IMG/VR virus record: IMGVR_UViG_3300037762_000087
Span: 1-46,424 of that record
Length of the DNA stretch: 46,424 nt
Direction: 5' to 3' (one strand)
Source: a virus
Lineage: Duplodnaviria; Caudoviricetes
Below are positions 9,801-17,726 of the stretch, in pieces. A program made the translations under genes and the position numbers. Within the stretch, counting starts at the first letter, position 1. Each line of letters begins with the position of its first letter. Below the pieces are notes generated by a model. The model searched no databases, had not been told where the DNA came from, and saw only the letters and a program-made list of their open reading frames with translations.

Positions 9801-10693
9801 ATGCGCTTATCGCCCAGCTCGACACGCTTGGCTTCACAAGCTCAGAGGCGCTGGACATTCTGCGTCGCTGGGCGGGGCTGGTGTCTGAGAATCAGCCGCT
9901 CCTTGATCAGATCGCCGGACTCAACGAACTCCTGATCGCAACCGCCAATCTGGGCGGGCTGACCGAAGACGCCTTTGACGATTTAGAGGCGCAAGGGCGA
10001 TCAGCCTTCGCCGCACTGCTCGAAGCTGGATTTACCGAAGCCGAAGCGTTGCGCCAGATGGCGCCGCTCCTCCAAACACTGATCGATCTGCACAAGGACC
10101 GCGGCCTCACGATCGACGAGGAAACCCAGAAGCTCATCGATCAGGCGCGTGAGCAGGGCCTGCTGGCCGAAGAAGGGATGGCCACCAACGACATTCTCAT
10201 CGAAGGGCTCGGCAAAATCATCGAACTGCTCGGCGGCCAACTCCCAGAATCCTGGCGTCAGATGTCGCAGCAGGCACGCGATGCGGTCGGAGATATTCGT
10301 GATTCGGTCGATGACCTGGGACGTTCCTTGACCGATCTCCCCGGCGTGCCGAGTACGAAGTTTGACATGGTATTCGATCCAGGCATGCGAATGGACCTGC
10401 CGGAGCTGGCTGGCGGCGGTGTGGTGACTCGACGCATGCAGGCGATTGTCGGTGAGGCTGGGCCCGAGGCGATTGTGCCGCTGGAGCGGTTCGAGTCGAT
10501 GCTGTCGCAAGCCATGGCCTCGCAGGGCGGGAGCAGCGCCCCGAACATCACGATTCAGGCGTTCGATGCCCTGTCGGTTCGCGAGTGGCTGGTCCGCACC
10601 GGCGGCCATGAGCTCCTGCGCTACTTCGAGACAAACGACGGCGGCGGATCTCCAGTGAGTCCGCTCACGCGCTTCAAGGCGCTGGCGACATGA
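6839..10693 (+). CDS. Tape measure protein
   Basis: 1284 aa, Ala/Gly-rich helical; TP901-type core (AIDFESSFAGVRKTVD, LGSTIVALGNNFATTE, AEAGGTA); C-terminal LAGGGVV..VGEAGPEAIVPL. Confidence 0.97.
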   Translation: MANSAIVGILRALLIADTAEFETAMKRAAQSAKTWSKDLGAVGRQASQIGLALTKTLTLPIVGLATASAKAAIDFESSFAGVRKTVDATEQQFAELAQGFRDLAKEIPVNVNELNKIGEAAGQLGIQTENIVGFTKVMAELGVTTNLSSDQAATSLARLANITGMPQTEFDKLGSTIVALGNNFATTESEIVDFGLRIAGAGEIAGLTESQILAIGSAMSSVGVQAEAGGTAVQKALNAMTKAVATGNQDLAVFAQTAGMSAKEFAAAFREDAGAAFTDFVEGLGIQGDKAFTTLDRLKLGNERVIRAFLSLSNAGDLLRRNLDLASDAWRENTALTEEARKRFETTASQLTLLWNAVKDVGITLGNALLPAIQSAIAAAKTLTPVLDKLAQGFADLPGGVQLVILGFGGLVAAAGPVLFVAGQLITAASTLIGAFTKQGIAMRALNAIYGETTVAATTASAAMTRFWLALIGPAAAFAGVALIAKALKDAQFEAEGLGEKTKAALRELDKLERFGVVTGKAGRQLVTGQDIALPLERAAAAVGEVGASSAGAQKPVAGLNRELDGLGDTSDALTKRLEALGETLSGRALQQQVDETALAIQRLGGIQAVSAAQQRTLAASTLEWARAGAALPPVLLDNWLANMSLAESLGGVSRNIKDVLDQARDMPEVMKAWEKSWGKDSVIAKGLSGVLKIGIGTPEIGTDFTEKLKAQWAFMFEEMKPVAVRLHEGLLEATRGLPSVLMQALTGGGDIGKSIGGLFSGSLFGKLTGAFDEKSGLFAGGIGGLLQKTLGKTIGGVFGSLIPGLGTLLGAGLGGLLDKVFDRSKGRDLVKQFAEQMGGFDALREKLLVLGDEGERLWVKLTQGVGRNDPKAAQAAIDAITKALERQQQQLEKVKQTLAGEGIWDRMTREMAAASLATGEDLLGMADAIERQQQRLGAGLMGVTAVVAGTQEEFDRLSRIALSTFNTLVSSGMGSADAMRQIGPSIDALIAQLDTLGFTSSEALDILRRWAGLVSENQPLLDQIAGLNELLIATANLGGLTEDAFDDLEAQGRSAFAALLEAGFTEAEALRQMAPLLQTLIDLHKDRGLTIDEETQKLIDQAREQGLLAEEGMATNDILIEGLGKIIELLGGQLPESWRQMSQQARDAVGDIRDSVDDLGRSLTDLPGVPSTKFDMVFDPGMRMDLPELAGGGVVTRRMQAIVGEAGPEAIVPLERFESMLSQAMASQGGSSAPNITIQAFDALSVREWLVRTGGHELLRYFETNDGGGSPVSPLTRFKALAT

Positions 10694-11532
10694 GCGGCTT
10701 CCGCTACTCGCACCCGCGGGATCAACTGTTGCGGACCGCGACGTCGGTCACCGTGTCGCTGGCCAATGCGCTCACCGACTACGGCGCAGAGAACCTGTCG
10801 ATTGGCGACCCGGCGCATCCGTTCAAGGCCGATGCTGGCACCGTGCGCGTGGTGTGGGGATGGGCCAGTCCCGTATTTCCCAAGCTCATCGCGCTGCTCA
10901 ACAGCAATCTCGATGTGGCGGCGCGCTGGCAGGGGCACACGTCATCGGACTTCGATGGCAGTCCAGGGCCGGACATCGATGTGGCTTTCGGTGTGCCGGC
11001 CTACAACGCGCAGACAGGCTTTTTCACGTCGCCGTGGCTCAACATGTCGGCGTACGAGGCGAAACCGTTCTGGAGCCTGCTGGTCACGGCGAACACGCTC
11101 GATGCCATCGTCGGTGAACTCTGGGCCGGCTCGGACATTCGCGACGTGGCGCACCACCTGCTGCTCGATGGGGCCTCCCTGAATCTGGACAGCAACGCGG
11201 TGATCCATCAGACGGGCTACGGCGTGGATCTGTCCTACGAACAAACGACCGAGCGCGAATCCATGACGGGCCAGCTTTATCTGGAAACGCCGGCCGAACA
11301 TGCCGCGGTGCGGGCGTGGGTGCAGGCGGCTCGCCGCAACGCGCGGCCGTGCGTCGTGGTCCCGGATGTGGATGTCGATGACGCCTGGCACGTCAAGCTG
11401 ACGGAAGCGGTCTTTGCGGTCAAGCCAACCGTTCCTGGGGCCTCAGCACAAGCGCCGGAACAGGCCGAGGTCATGCTCGGGTTTCGGATGACGTCGCGGG
11501 GGATGCCGTGGGTGGACCCCGATGCGGACTAG
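10690..11532 (+). CDS. Distal tail / minor tail protein
   Basis: Directly after the tape measure gene and coupled to it; beta-rich, 280 aa. Confidence 0.55.
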   Translation: MSGFRYSHPRDQLLRTATSVTVSLANALTDYGAENLSIGDPAHPFKADAGTVRVVWGWASPVFPKLIALLNSNLDVAARWQGHTSSDFDGSPGPDIDVAFGVPAYNAQTGFFTSPWLNMSAYEAKPFWSLLVTANTLDAIVGELWAGSDIRDVAHHLLLDGASLNLDSNAVIHQTGYGVDLSYEQTTERESMTGQLYLETPAEHAAVRAWVQAARRNARPCVVVPDVDVDDAWHVKLTEAVFAVKPTVPGASAQAPEQAEVMLGFRMTSRGMPWVDPDAD

Positions 11533-14500
11533 CCATGCGCGTTGGATCTGCATTCTGGTGCTGTTACTGATGGCTGGACACCGTCAAATCTTCGTGCAGG
11601 TCTCGCGCGTGGCGTCCGACGATGTGACGTCACAGCAACACACGACGCCGTTCAACTTCGGCTGCGGGACGTGGGTCTCGACGGCTACCGAAGGCGCGCA
11701 AATCCCAGTGCTGGTCGCTGGCACGTTCCGGAACATGAAGCTGACGCTGCCGAGCGTGCAAACGAAGGCGCAGACGTTCACGCTGCGCGAGAACGGATCG
11801 GACACCGCGCTCACGTTCACGATTCCAGCCGGGGAACTCACGGGTCAGATCGCGGGCGTGGACGTGGCGCATGCGGCGGGCGGCGAGATTGCGCTGGCTC
11901 GCACGCTGCCGGACGGATCGGGCGCGACGGTGCCCATTGGCTCGACGTTCTCGATCGAATGGGAGGCTGCATCCGGGAACGCTTGCGTGCATGGGCATGG
12001 GAGCCAAGGCTTATTGTCGCTGCTCGGCTCGACGTACGCCGGCCTGCTGCATCACGGGTCAAACCCGAACTTCTCCGAGGACGACGCGCCGAATCTGATC
12101 GCCGCCCCTGGCACGGTCACGCACTGGAAGCACGTGCTCGACGCGGCGCCAGGCGCCGGCAAGAGCTACATCTTCACGATCGTGAAAGTGGTGGCTGGCG
12201 TCGGCATCGAACAGGACGGCACGGGAGGCACACCGGATACACGGATCACGATTGCCGACGCAGAGACCGAGGGCAGCGCGACGTTCTCGCTGCCGCTCGT
12301 CCGCGGCGACCTCGTGTACCGCAAATGCGAGCCGGTGGGGTCGCCCGCCTTTGCGCGCGTGCGGACGGGCGTCGTCTTGGTCTCGGACACCACGGACCAA
12401 TCGAATCTCTGCGGCACGACGAATGATGGTATCGGAACCGGTCCGGAGTACAACACCATCGCGGCCGGATCTGAGCACCCCTGGGATCCGACCGAGGTCG
12501 GCCTCACCGTGCTCGGCGCTGTTCGTTCACTCACGCTCTCCGGGCTCATTGTCGCGGTCGATGATGCGCCCGGATCTGGTGACGCCTGGACCTTCCTCAT
12601 TCGACGGAACGAGGCGACACCGCTGAACGGGCCGAGCGTCACGATCGCTGATGCCGCTGTGACTGGCCAGGACGACAGCGGGTCAGTGGAGATCCAGCCG
12701 ACCGACACGGCGTCGATTCAGTACGACGACAGCGGGACGCCGACGCCGACCGTGGCGATCTGGGCGCTGGCGCTCTTTGCCGGCGAGATCGATGAAGCGC
12801 TGTCCCTCGAAAACGCGCTCCGCGGCGAAGACGTGGCGCTCGCCTGGGTGGAGTTCGAGGGCCAGGACGACGACGGGAATGACGAGACATTCGTCTGGTC
12901 CGGCATCGCGTTGGCCGATCCGGACACCTACTACGGCGGCTTCAAGGACGCCAAGCTCATTCTCGTCAGCGATCTCGTCTCTGCGTATTCAGATCGTTCC
13001 GGCCGCTTGCAGGCGACGAAGGCGAGCTTTGAACTCTCCGACCTGCCTGATGCGGACGGCAACCGGTCTATTGCGGCCTTCTTCGATCGCTCGACGGGCT
13101 ACGTGGTGCGAAACACGCCCATCACGATCCGGCTCATCAGCGACCGCGGCCGGCGGGCCTTGCGGACGCCCGTGACCATCTTCCGGGGCATGGTTGATGA
13201 AGCCTCCAGCGTCGATGAATACCGGATCCGGTTCGAGTGCGTGAGTTGGCTGGAGCGGCGCTTAGATCAGCCCGTGGTGGAGCGTCGCATTGGCGAGGAC
13301 TTCCCTGAAGCCGACGAGGATGCCCGCCAGTTGCCCGTGCCGCTGTGCTTGGGGCGGTTATCCGACGAAGCCTCCACCACGCCCGGGCCGGTCATTACTG
13401 ATGACGAAGCGGGCCGTGGAGTGTTCGCGATTCTCAGCGACGTCATCGGATATGGCGACCTCGGCGGCGATCCGCCCACGAGTCTTGTGCCGGTGGAGGA
13501 TGTCGGGGCTGGCGAAGTGGTGGCGGGCCGCTACTACTTCATGGCGTGGTCGATTGACGCCACCGGAGCCGAAAGCGACCCGGAGCCATTTGTCCCGAAC
13601 GCGAACGCGCTGGACGTGAGCGACGACGCGGCGATTGATGTTACGTTCACAAAGGGCGCGTCTGCGGTCACGACGCGCGTGGCGATTGGCGCAAAAGGCC
13701 CAGGGACGCCGCTCATCTACTTCGAGCACATCCTGGAAACCGCCGGCACGTCGGTGCGCTTCACGCGGCTGATCAAGCCGCCAACGGGGTATCTGAATCC
13801 CCACGATGCGACGCCTGGATCGATCTGGCCTTACGGCATCGGCTATCGCAGGTTACAAGTCGTGGCCGTTGTCGATGGCGAGGAAACGCTGCCGTCGATT
13901 GTCGTCGTGGCGTTCATTGACCCGTATCACCGGCCAATGCGGTTCGCGTGGGAGGCCGTGGTTGATGCGACCGAGTACCGCGTCTATCTGGCCTCCAGCA
14001 ATTACCGGCCGAATCCGCCGGCCTTCCACTTCGACCGGCGTCTGTCGGTCCCGATCACGCAGACGAACAGCAACGGCGACCCGTATGTCAGCGCGCTCTT
14101 TACCGATCCGGCGTGGGAGGTGGTCGATGGGCTAGAGAACGTGGCGCGTGGCGTCGTGCCGCTCCGGTTTGTCGGGTACTTTATCGACCTGACCGGCCGG
14201 AGCGTCGGCGGCTTTCTTGTCGCCGGACACACGCTCGCTACAAACGGCATCATCAATCTCTATCAGGATCAAGTGGTCATTACCGACGACCACTACACGG
14301 CCGGCGACTACATGGCGCCGGGCAAGCCAAGTTTCTCGACCTACTTCGCTAACACGTATCAAACGATCAACGGCCACCGGTACGTGCTCGTCTACATCGC
14401 GGCGACGGGCGTAGCGAATCCAAACCTGGACGACGCGATCACCGGATCGCGGCCGCTCTACGCCAACTGTTATGGTGCGGACGATGTGGGTGACGGCACC

Positions 14501-15793
14501 GGCGCTGAAATCACATCCAAGTACCAGCTCCTTAAGCTACTGCTGCGTAATCTCCTTGCGCCCTCCGTGCCGGTGCTCGGCACGAACTGGCTGACTGCCT
14601 CCCCGACGTTTGCCGACGGCGTGGCAATGATCGACGAGGCGAGTCTGGATGATGCCGAAGCGGAAGCGGGCAATCTGATTCCAAACGGACCGGATGGCGG
14701 GCGCTATCTCGCGGTCGATCTGACGTGGGCGCAACTGTTCCCCGATTGGTGCCCCTCGGCCAAGGCGCACATCGGCGTGACGCTGCAAGGGCAGGTGCGC
14801 GCGGGTGTCATCAACCCGGATGCAGACTCGGTTGTGACGGTCACCGAACAGCGCGAGATCATCAAGGGCTCGTTCGGGTGGCGCGACCGGGCTCAAGCCT
14901 TCGGCAATGCTGTAGCTTATCAGGCCGTGCCCGTCTACAGCCTGTCGGGCATCAGCGCGTATGCCGACGCGGACGAACTCGAACACACCGCGTCACAGGC
15001 CAGGCATCGCGGCGAACGGAACCTGCAACCAGCCCTGACCTTGACGTGGATCCGAGAGCCCGGCACGGCTCGGCAAATTGCCTCGGCGTTTCTCGATGAA
15101 GGCGCGTATCTGCCACGTGAAGTCCGGCAGAGTTCGGTCCTGCACTGGGTCCATCGCCGGCTCGGGGATGTGATCGGCGTTGTGCATCGCGAAGGGGCGG
15201 CCAGAACCGGATGGACCAGCACGAGTCCGCGTAAACATGCCGTGCTGGGGATACGGATTTCGATTCCGTCGAATCGGGTCGAGTATGTCTGTCTCGATTT
15301 GCGCCGGCACCTTGGCGACTTGTCGGACTTTGAACTGGAGTTGCTGATGTCTGTGATTCCGCTGGGCGGATCGATGCTGGACAGTTGTCTGGAGGATCCC
15401 GACGCGGGATCGCCCGTGATCAGTGTGCCGCCAGATTGGCGGATCGGCGTCGTGAATTGGGACGACATCCCGAGTGGTGGCGGGGCTGGCAGCGCATACG
15501 AGCTCGTGTTCGATGTCGATGCCAAAATCCAGCCCGGATCGCCCGTGGGCAGTCCGCCGCCGACGGTGCAGCCGGGCCTGTTCCTGAGTAACCAAAGCCA
15601 GATCGATACCCCCGTCGCGGCCGGCACGGCGACAAGTTCGGCGGTGCGCGAACGGCAACAGATCGTGGTGGATCGTCCGGTGGGCGGCGGCGTCAAGTCC
15701 TACTGGATGTTGCCGATTCTCGACAACGGCGCCGTCGCGACGGACGCCTACGTGTACGGCGTGCTCCGAATGAGGAAGGTCGGAGCGGAGTAA
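11522..15793 (+). CDS. Large tail tip / hub-fibre protein (multidomain)
   Basis: 1423 aa, at the Tal position; three related N-terminal beta modules (e.g. APGAGKSYIFTI / APGSGDAWTFLI); hub-like LPVPLCLGRLSD and LGDVIGV.H segments. Confidence 0.65.
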   Translation: MRTSHARWICILVLLLMAGHRQIFVQVSRVASDDVTSQQHTTPFNFGCGTWVSTATEGAQIPVLVAGTFRNMKLTLPSVQTKAQTFTLRENGSDTALTFTIPAGELTGQIAGVDVAHAAGGEIALARTLPDGSGATVPIGSTFSIEWEAASGNACVHGHGSQGLLSLLGSTYAGLLHHGSNPNFSEDDAPNLIAAPGTVTHWKHVLDAAPGAGKSYIFTIVKVVAGVGIEQDGTGGTPDTRITIADAETEGSATFSLPLVRGDLVYRKCEPVGSPAFARVRTGVVLVSDTTDQSNLCGTTNDGIGTGPEYNTIAAGSEHPWDPTEVGLTVLGAVRSLTLSGLIVAVDDAPGSGDAWTFLIRRNEATPLNGPSVTIADAAVTGQDDSGSVEIQPTDTASIQYDDSGTPTPTVAIWALALFAGEIDEALSLENALRGEDVALAWVEFEGQDDDGNDETFVWSGIALADPDTYYGGFKDAKLILVSDLVSAYSDRSGRLQATKASFELSDLPDADGNRSIAAFFDRSTGYVVRNTPITIRLISDRGRRALRTPVTIFRGMVDEASSVDEYRIRFECVSWLERRLDQPVVERRIGEDFPEADEDARQLPVPLCLGRLSDEASTTPGPVITDDEAGRGVFAILSDVIGYGDLGGDPPTSLVPVEDVGAGEVVAGRYYFMAWSIDATGAESDPEPFVPNANALDVSDDAAIDVTFTKGASAVTTRVAIGAKGPGTPLIYFEHILETAGTSVRFTRLIKPPTGYLNPHDATPGSIWPYGIGYRRLQVVAVVDGEETLPSIVVVAFIDPYHRPMRFAWEAVVDATEYRVYLASSNYRPNPPAFHFDRRLSVPITQTNSNGDPYVSALFTDPAWEVVDGLENVARGVVPLRFVGYFIDLTGRSVGGFLVAGHTLATNGIINLYQDQVVITDDHYTAGDYMAPGKPSFSTYFANTYQTINGHRYVLVYIAATGVANPNLDDAITGSRPLYANCYGADDVGDGTGAEITSKYQLLKLLLRNLLAPSVPVLGTNWLTASPTFADGVAMIDEASLDDAEAEAGNLIPNGPDGGRYLAVDLTWAQLFPDWCPSAKAHIGVTLQGQVRAGVINPDADSVVTVTEQREIIKGSFGWRDRAQAFGNAVAYQAVPVYSLSGISAYADADELEHTASQARHRGERNLQPALTLTWIREPGTARQIASAFLDEGAYLPREVRQSSVLHWVHRRLGDVIGVVHREGAARTGWTSTSPRKHAVLGIRISIPSNRVEYVCLDLRRHLGDLSDFELELLMSVIPLGGSMLDSCLEDPDAGSPVISVPPDWRIGVVNWDDIPSGGGAGSAYELVFDVDAKIQPGSPVGSPPPTVQPGLFLSNQSQIDTPVAAGTATSSAVRERQQIVVDRPVGGGVKSYWMLPILDNGAVATDAYVYGVLRMRKVGAE

Positions 15794-15805
15794 TGCGGAG
15801 GAACG

Positions 15806-16147
15806 ATGACATGGAGTGAGTTCGAGCGGCGCATTCGCGTCGTGCATCAGGCCGCTGAGCGGGTGCCGGAACTGGTGTCGATCATGCCGCGCTGGTTCAG
15901 TCAGGCGCTGGCGATTGAGCCGGACGAGATGGCTGAGGCTCGGCGGCGGTATCTGGCAGCGGCGCGGCGGCGACGGCCCGATCTGGCCGTGTCGAGCGAG
16001 GAAGACATCATCGTCGTCCCGCTCTGGAACTGTGACGACTGCCGGGACGATGAGGTGTGGGATTTCACGGGCGGGGGCGTCATTCGCTGTTCGTGGTGCG
16101 GGCTGATCGGGCTGGGCTGTGACGACTTCGAGTGCTTCGAGGAATAG
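15806..16147 (+). CDS. Hypothetical protein with a C-terminal Zn-ribbon-like motif
   Basis: GGAGG RBS; CDDC...CSWC. Confidence 0.5.
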   Translation: MTWSEFERRIRVVHQAAERVPELVSIMPRWFSQALAIEPDEMAEARRRYLAAARRRRPDLAVSSEEDIIVVPLWNCDDCRDDEVWDFTGGGVIRCSWCGLIGLGCDDFECFEE

Positions 16148-16642
16148 ATGGGTGCGTTGCCGACGGTCGTCAGGCCGAAGCAGGTGATTGAGATGACAGC
16201 GTTCAGCGCGGCGCAGCGGTACGTCGGTATCCGCGAAATTGCCGGTGTGGCGAATCATCCGCTCGTCGTCTGGTGGCATTCGCTCTGCGGGATGGCCGAT
16301 GCCACCGATGAGGTGCCGTGGTGCAGCTCATTCGTGAACGGTGTGTGCTGGCAGCTTCGACTTGCGCGGAGCAAGAGCGCGGCGGCGCGGAGTTGGCTAC
16401 TGGTCGGTGAGCCAGTCGCGCTCCGCGACGCGGAGGTCGGGTTCGATGTCGTGGTGTTGAAGCGCGGCGTCGGCGCGCAACCAGGGCCTGAGGTGACAAG
16501 TGGGGCGCCAGGGCATGTCGGCTTCTTCGCTGGCCGCGATGGCAATGCCGTGATCGTGCTCGGCGGAAATCAGGGGAATGCCGTCAGCCTGGCGCGGTTT
16601 AAGGCCGCCGACGTGCTGGGTGTGCGGAGGGTCTCGCGATGA
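16148..16642 (+). CDS. TIGR02594-family (NlpC/P60/CHAP-like) peptidoglycan hydrolase, probable endolysin
   Basis: G.REI.G, DEVPWCSSFVN, SAAARSWL.VG, GHVGFF, VLGGNQGNAV; catalytic Cys and His present. Confidence 0.88.
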   Translation: MGALPTVVRPKQVIEMTAFSAAQRYVGIREIAGVANHPLVVWWHSLCGMADATDEVPWCSSFVNGVCWQLRLARSKSAAARSWLLVGEPVALRDAEVGFDVVVLKRGVGAQPGPEVTSGAPGHVGFFAGRDGNAVIVLGGNQGNAVSLARFKAADVLGVRRVSR

Positions 16643-16890
16643 AACTGCCACCATCGGTGGCGGGCGCTGACGGCAAGTTCCACCCAGGCACAGTACTGCG
16701 CGTGGATGGCACGGGCGAGATCCTGGAAGTCGTCTCGGTCTTTCGACCAGAGGATGTGCCAGTGTCGAACCTGCTCAGGAGCACGGCTGGACAAGTCGCG
16801 GATCTGGCGGCACCTATCGGCCGGGACCGGCACGAGGCGGACGCAGCGAGACGCAGGCTGGCACGGCTCGGCACGCGTGGGCTGGCATGA
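16639..16890 (+). CDS. Hypothetical protein
   Basis: Coupled by ATGA overlaps at both ends; GGAGG RBS. Confidence 0.5.
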   Translation: MKLPPSVAGADGKFHPGTVLRVDGTGEILEVVSVFRPEDVPVSNLLRSTAGQVADLAAPIGRDRHEADAARRRLARLGTRGLA

Positions 16891-17726
16891 TCCGGGGCAT
16901 CAACGCCGGCTTCGGGGGCCAGATCGCCCACGAGCTACCCGAGCTTCAGCGCCGGGGTGTGCGCGCGATTCGGCAAGGCTTGATGCCGCCGCCGTCCGGG
17001 GATCTGCGGCCGGGTGAAGTGGGGTTGCGCTCATCGGCCCATGCCGCGCTGCTCCAGACCGAACTGGCCGAGCAGCCGTTCTGGACGGTCTGGATCGCCA
17101 ACCGCGAGACCTTGCCCGATGCCGTGGCGGGCTCGGATGTGTGCGTGCTGAACGAACCCAAGCTCCACGGATGGACGGCTGAAGCCTATGCCGACTACGT
17201 GAACAGCCTGTGGGACGACGCAGTCTCGCGTGACCTGACTGTCTGGGCGTGCAGCCTGCCGAACCTGACGCTCGATGATCTGCACTGGCTCGGGCGCGTG
17301 CTGCAGTTGGCTCCGCAGATCAAGTGTGTCGAAGTGCATTGGTATCCCGGCGACCGCGATCAGGAGCCGTGGAAGGTCAAGGCCGGTCACCGCACCCTGA
17401 CGCAGCAGTTCGCGCGGTTGCTTGGCGTGCTCGACGGACGGCGGTGGATTTGCGGCGAAGTCGGGATTCACACGGCGCGGCTGACGAAAGGCGCGTGGTT
17501 CTGGACGCGGCGTGTGAACCCACTGACCGACGCCGACCAGCGCGACCGCATCCTCTGGCAACTTGAAACCCTGGAGCGGTACGGGTGCGAGGCAGCATTC
17601 GTCTACCAGCTCAACGACGACCCGAATCCACGCTGGCGCGATCACCCGGAAGGGAACCGAGGTATCCGGCGGATTGACGGGACATGGAAGCTAGCGGGCG
17701 ATCCAGAACAGGGCGTGTTCGCATGA
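16887..17726 (+). CDS. Glycoside hydrolase-like TIM-barrel protein (clan GH-A)
   Basis: Acid/base motif LNEP, VHWY, nucleophile motif WICGEVG, FVYQL.D..GI.R.DGTWK. Confidence 0.6.
   Translation: MIRGINAGFGGQIAHELPELQRRGVRAIRQGLMPPPSGDLRPGEVGLRSSAHAALLQTELAEQPFWTVWIANRETLPDAVAGSDVCVLNEPKLHGWTAEAYADYVNSLWDDAVSRDLTVWACSLPNLTLDDLHWLGRVLQLAPQIKCVEVHWYPGDRDQEPWKVKAGHRTLTQQFARLLGVLDGRRWICGEVGIHTARLTKGAWFWTRRVNPLTDADQRDRILWQLETLERYGCEAAFVYQLNDDPNPRWRDHPEGNRGIRRIDGTWKLAGDPEQGVFA

Noticed and set aside
14993-16279. Long minus-strand ORFs (also 26338-28047, 33648-34775, 38906-39913, 40661-42004)
   Set aside because: They lie opposite well-supported plus-strand genes in GC-rich DNA, have no RBS or motifs, and show the Arg/His/Pro-rich composition of shadow frames
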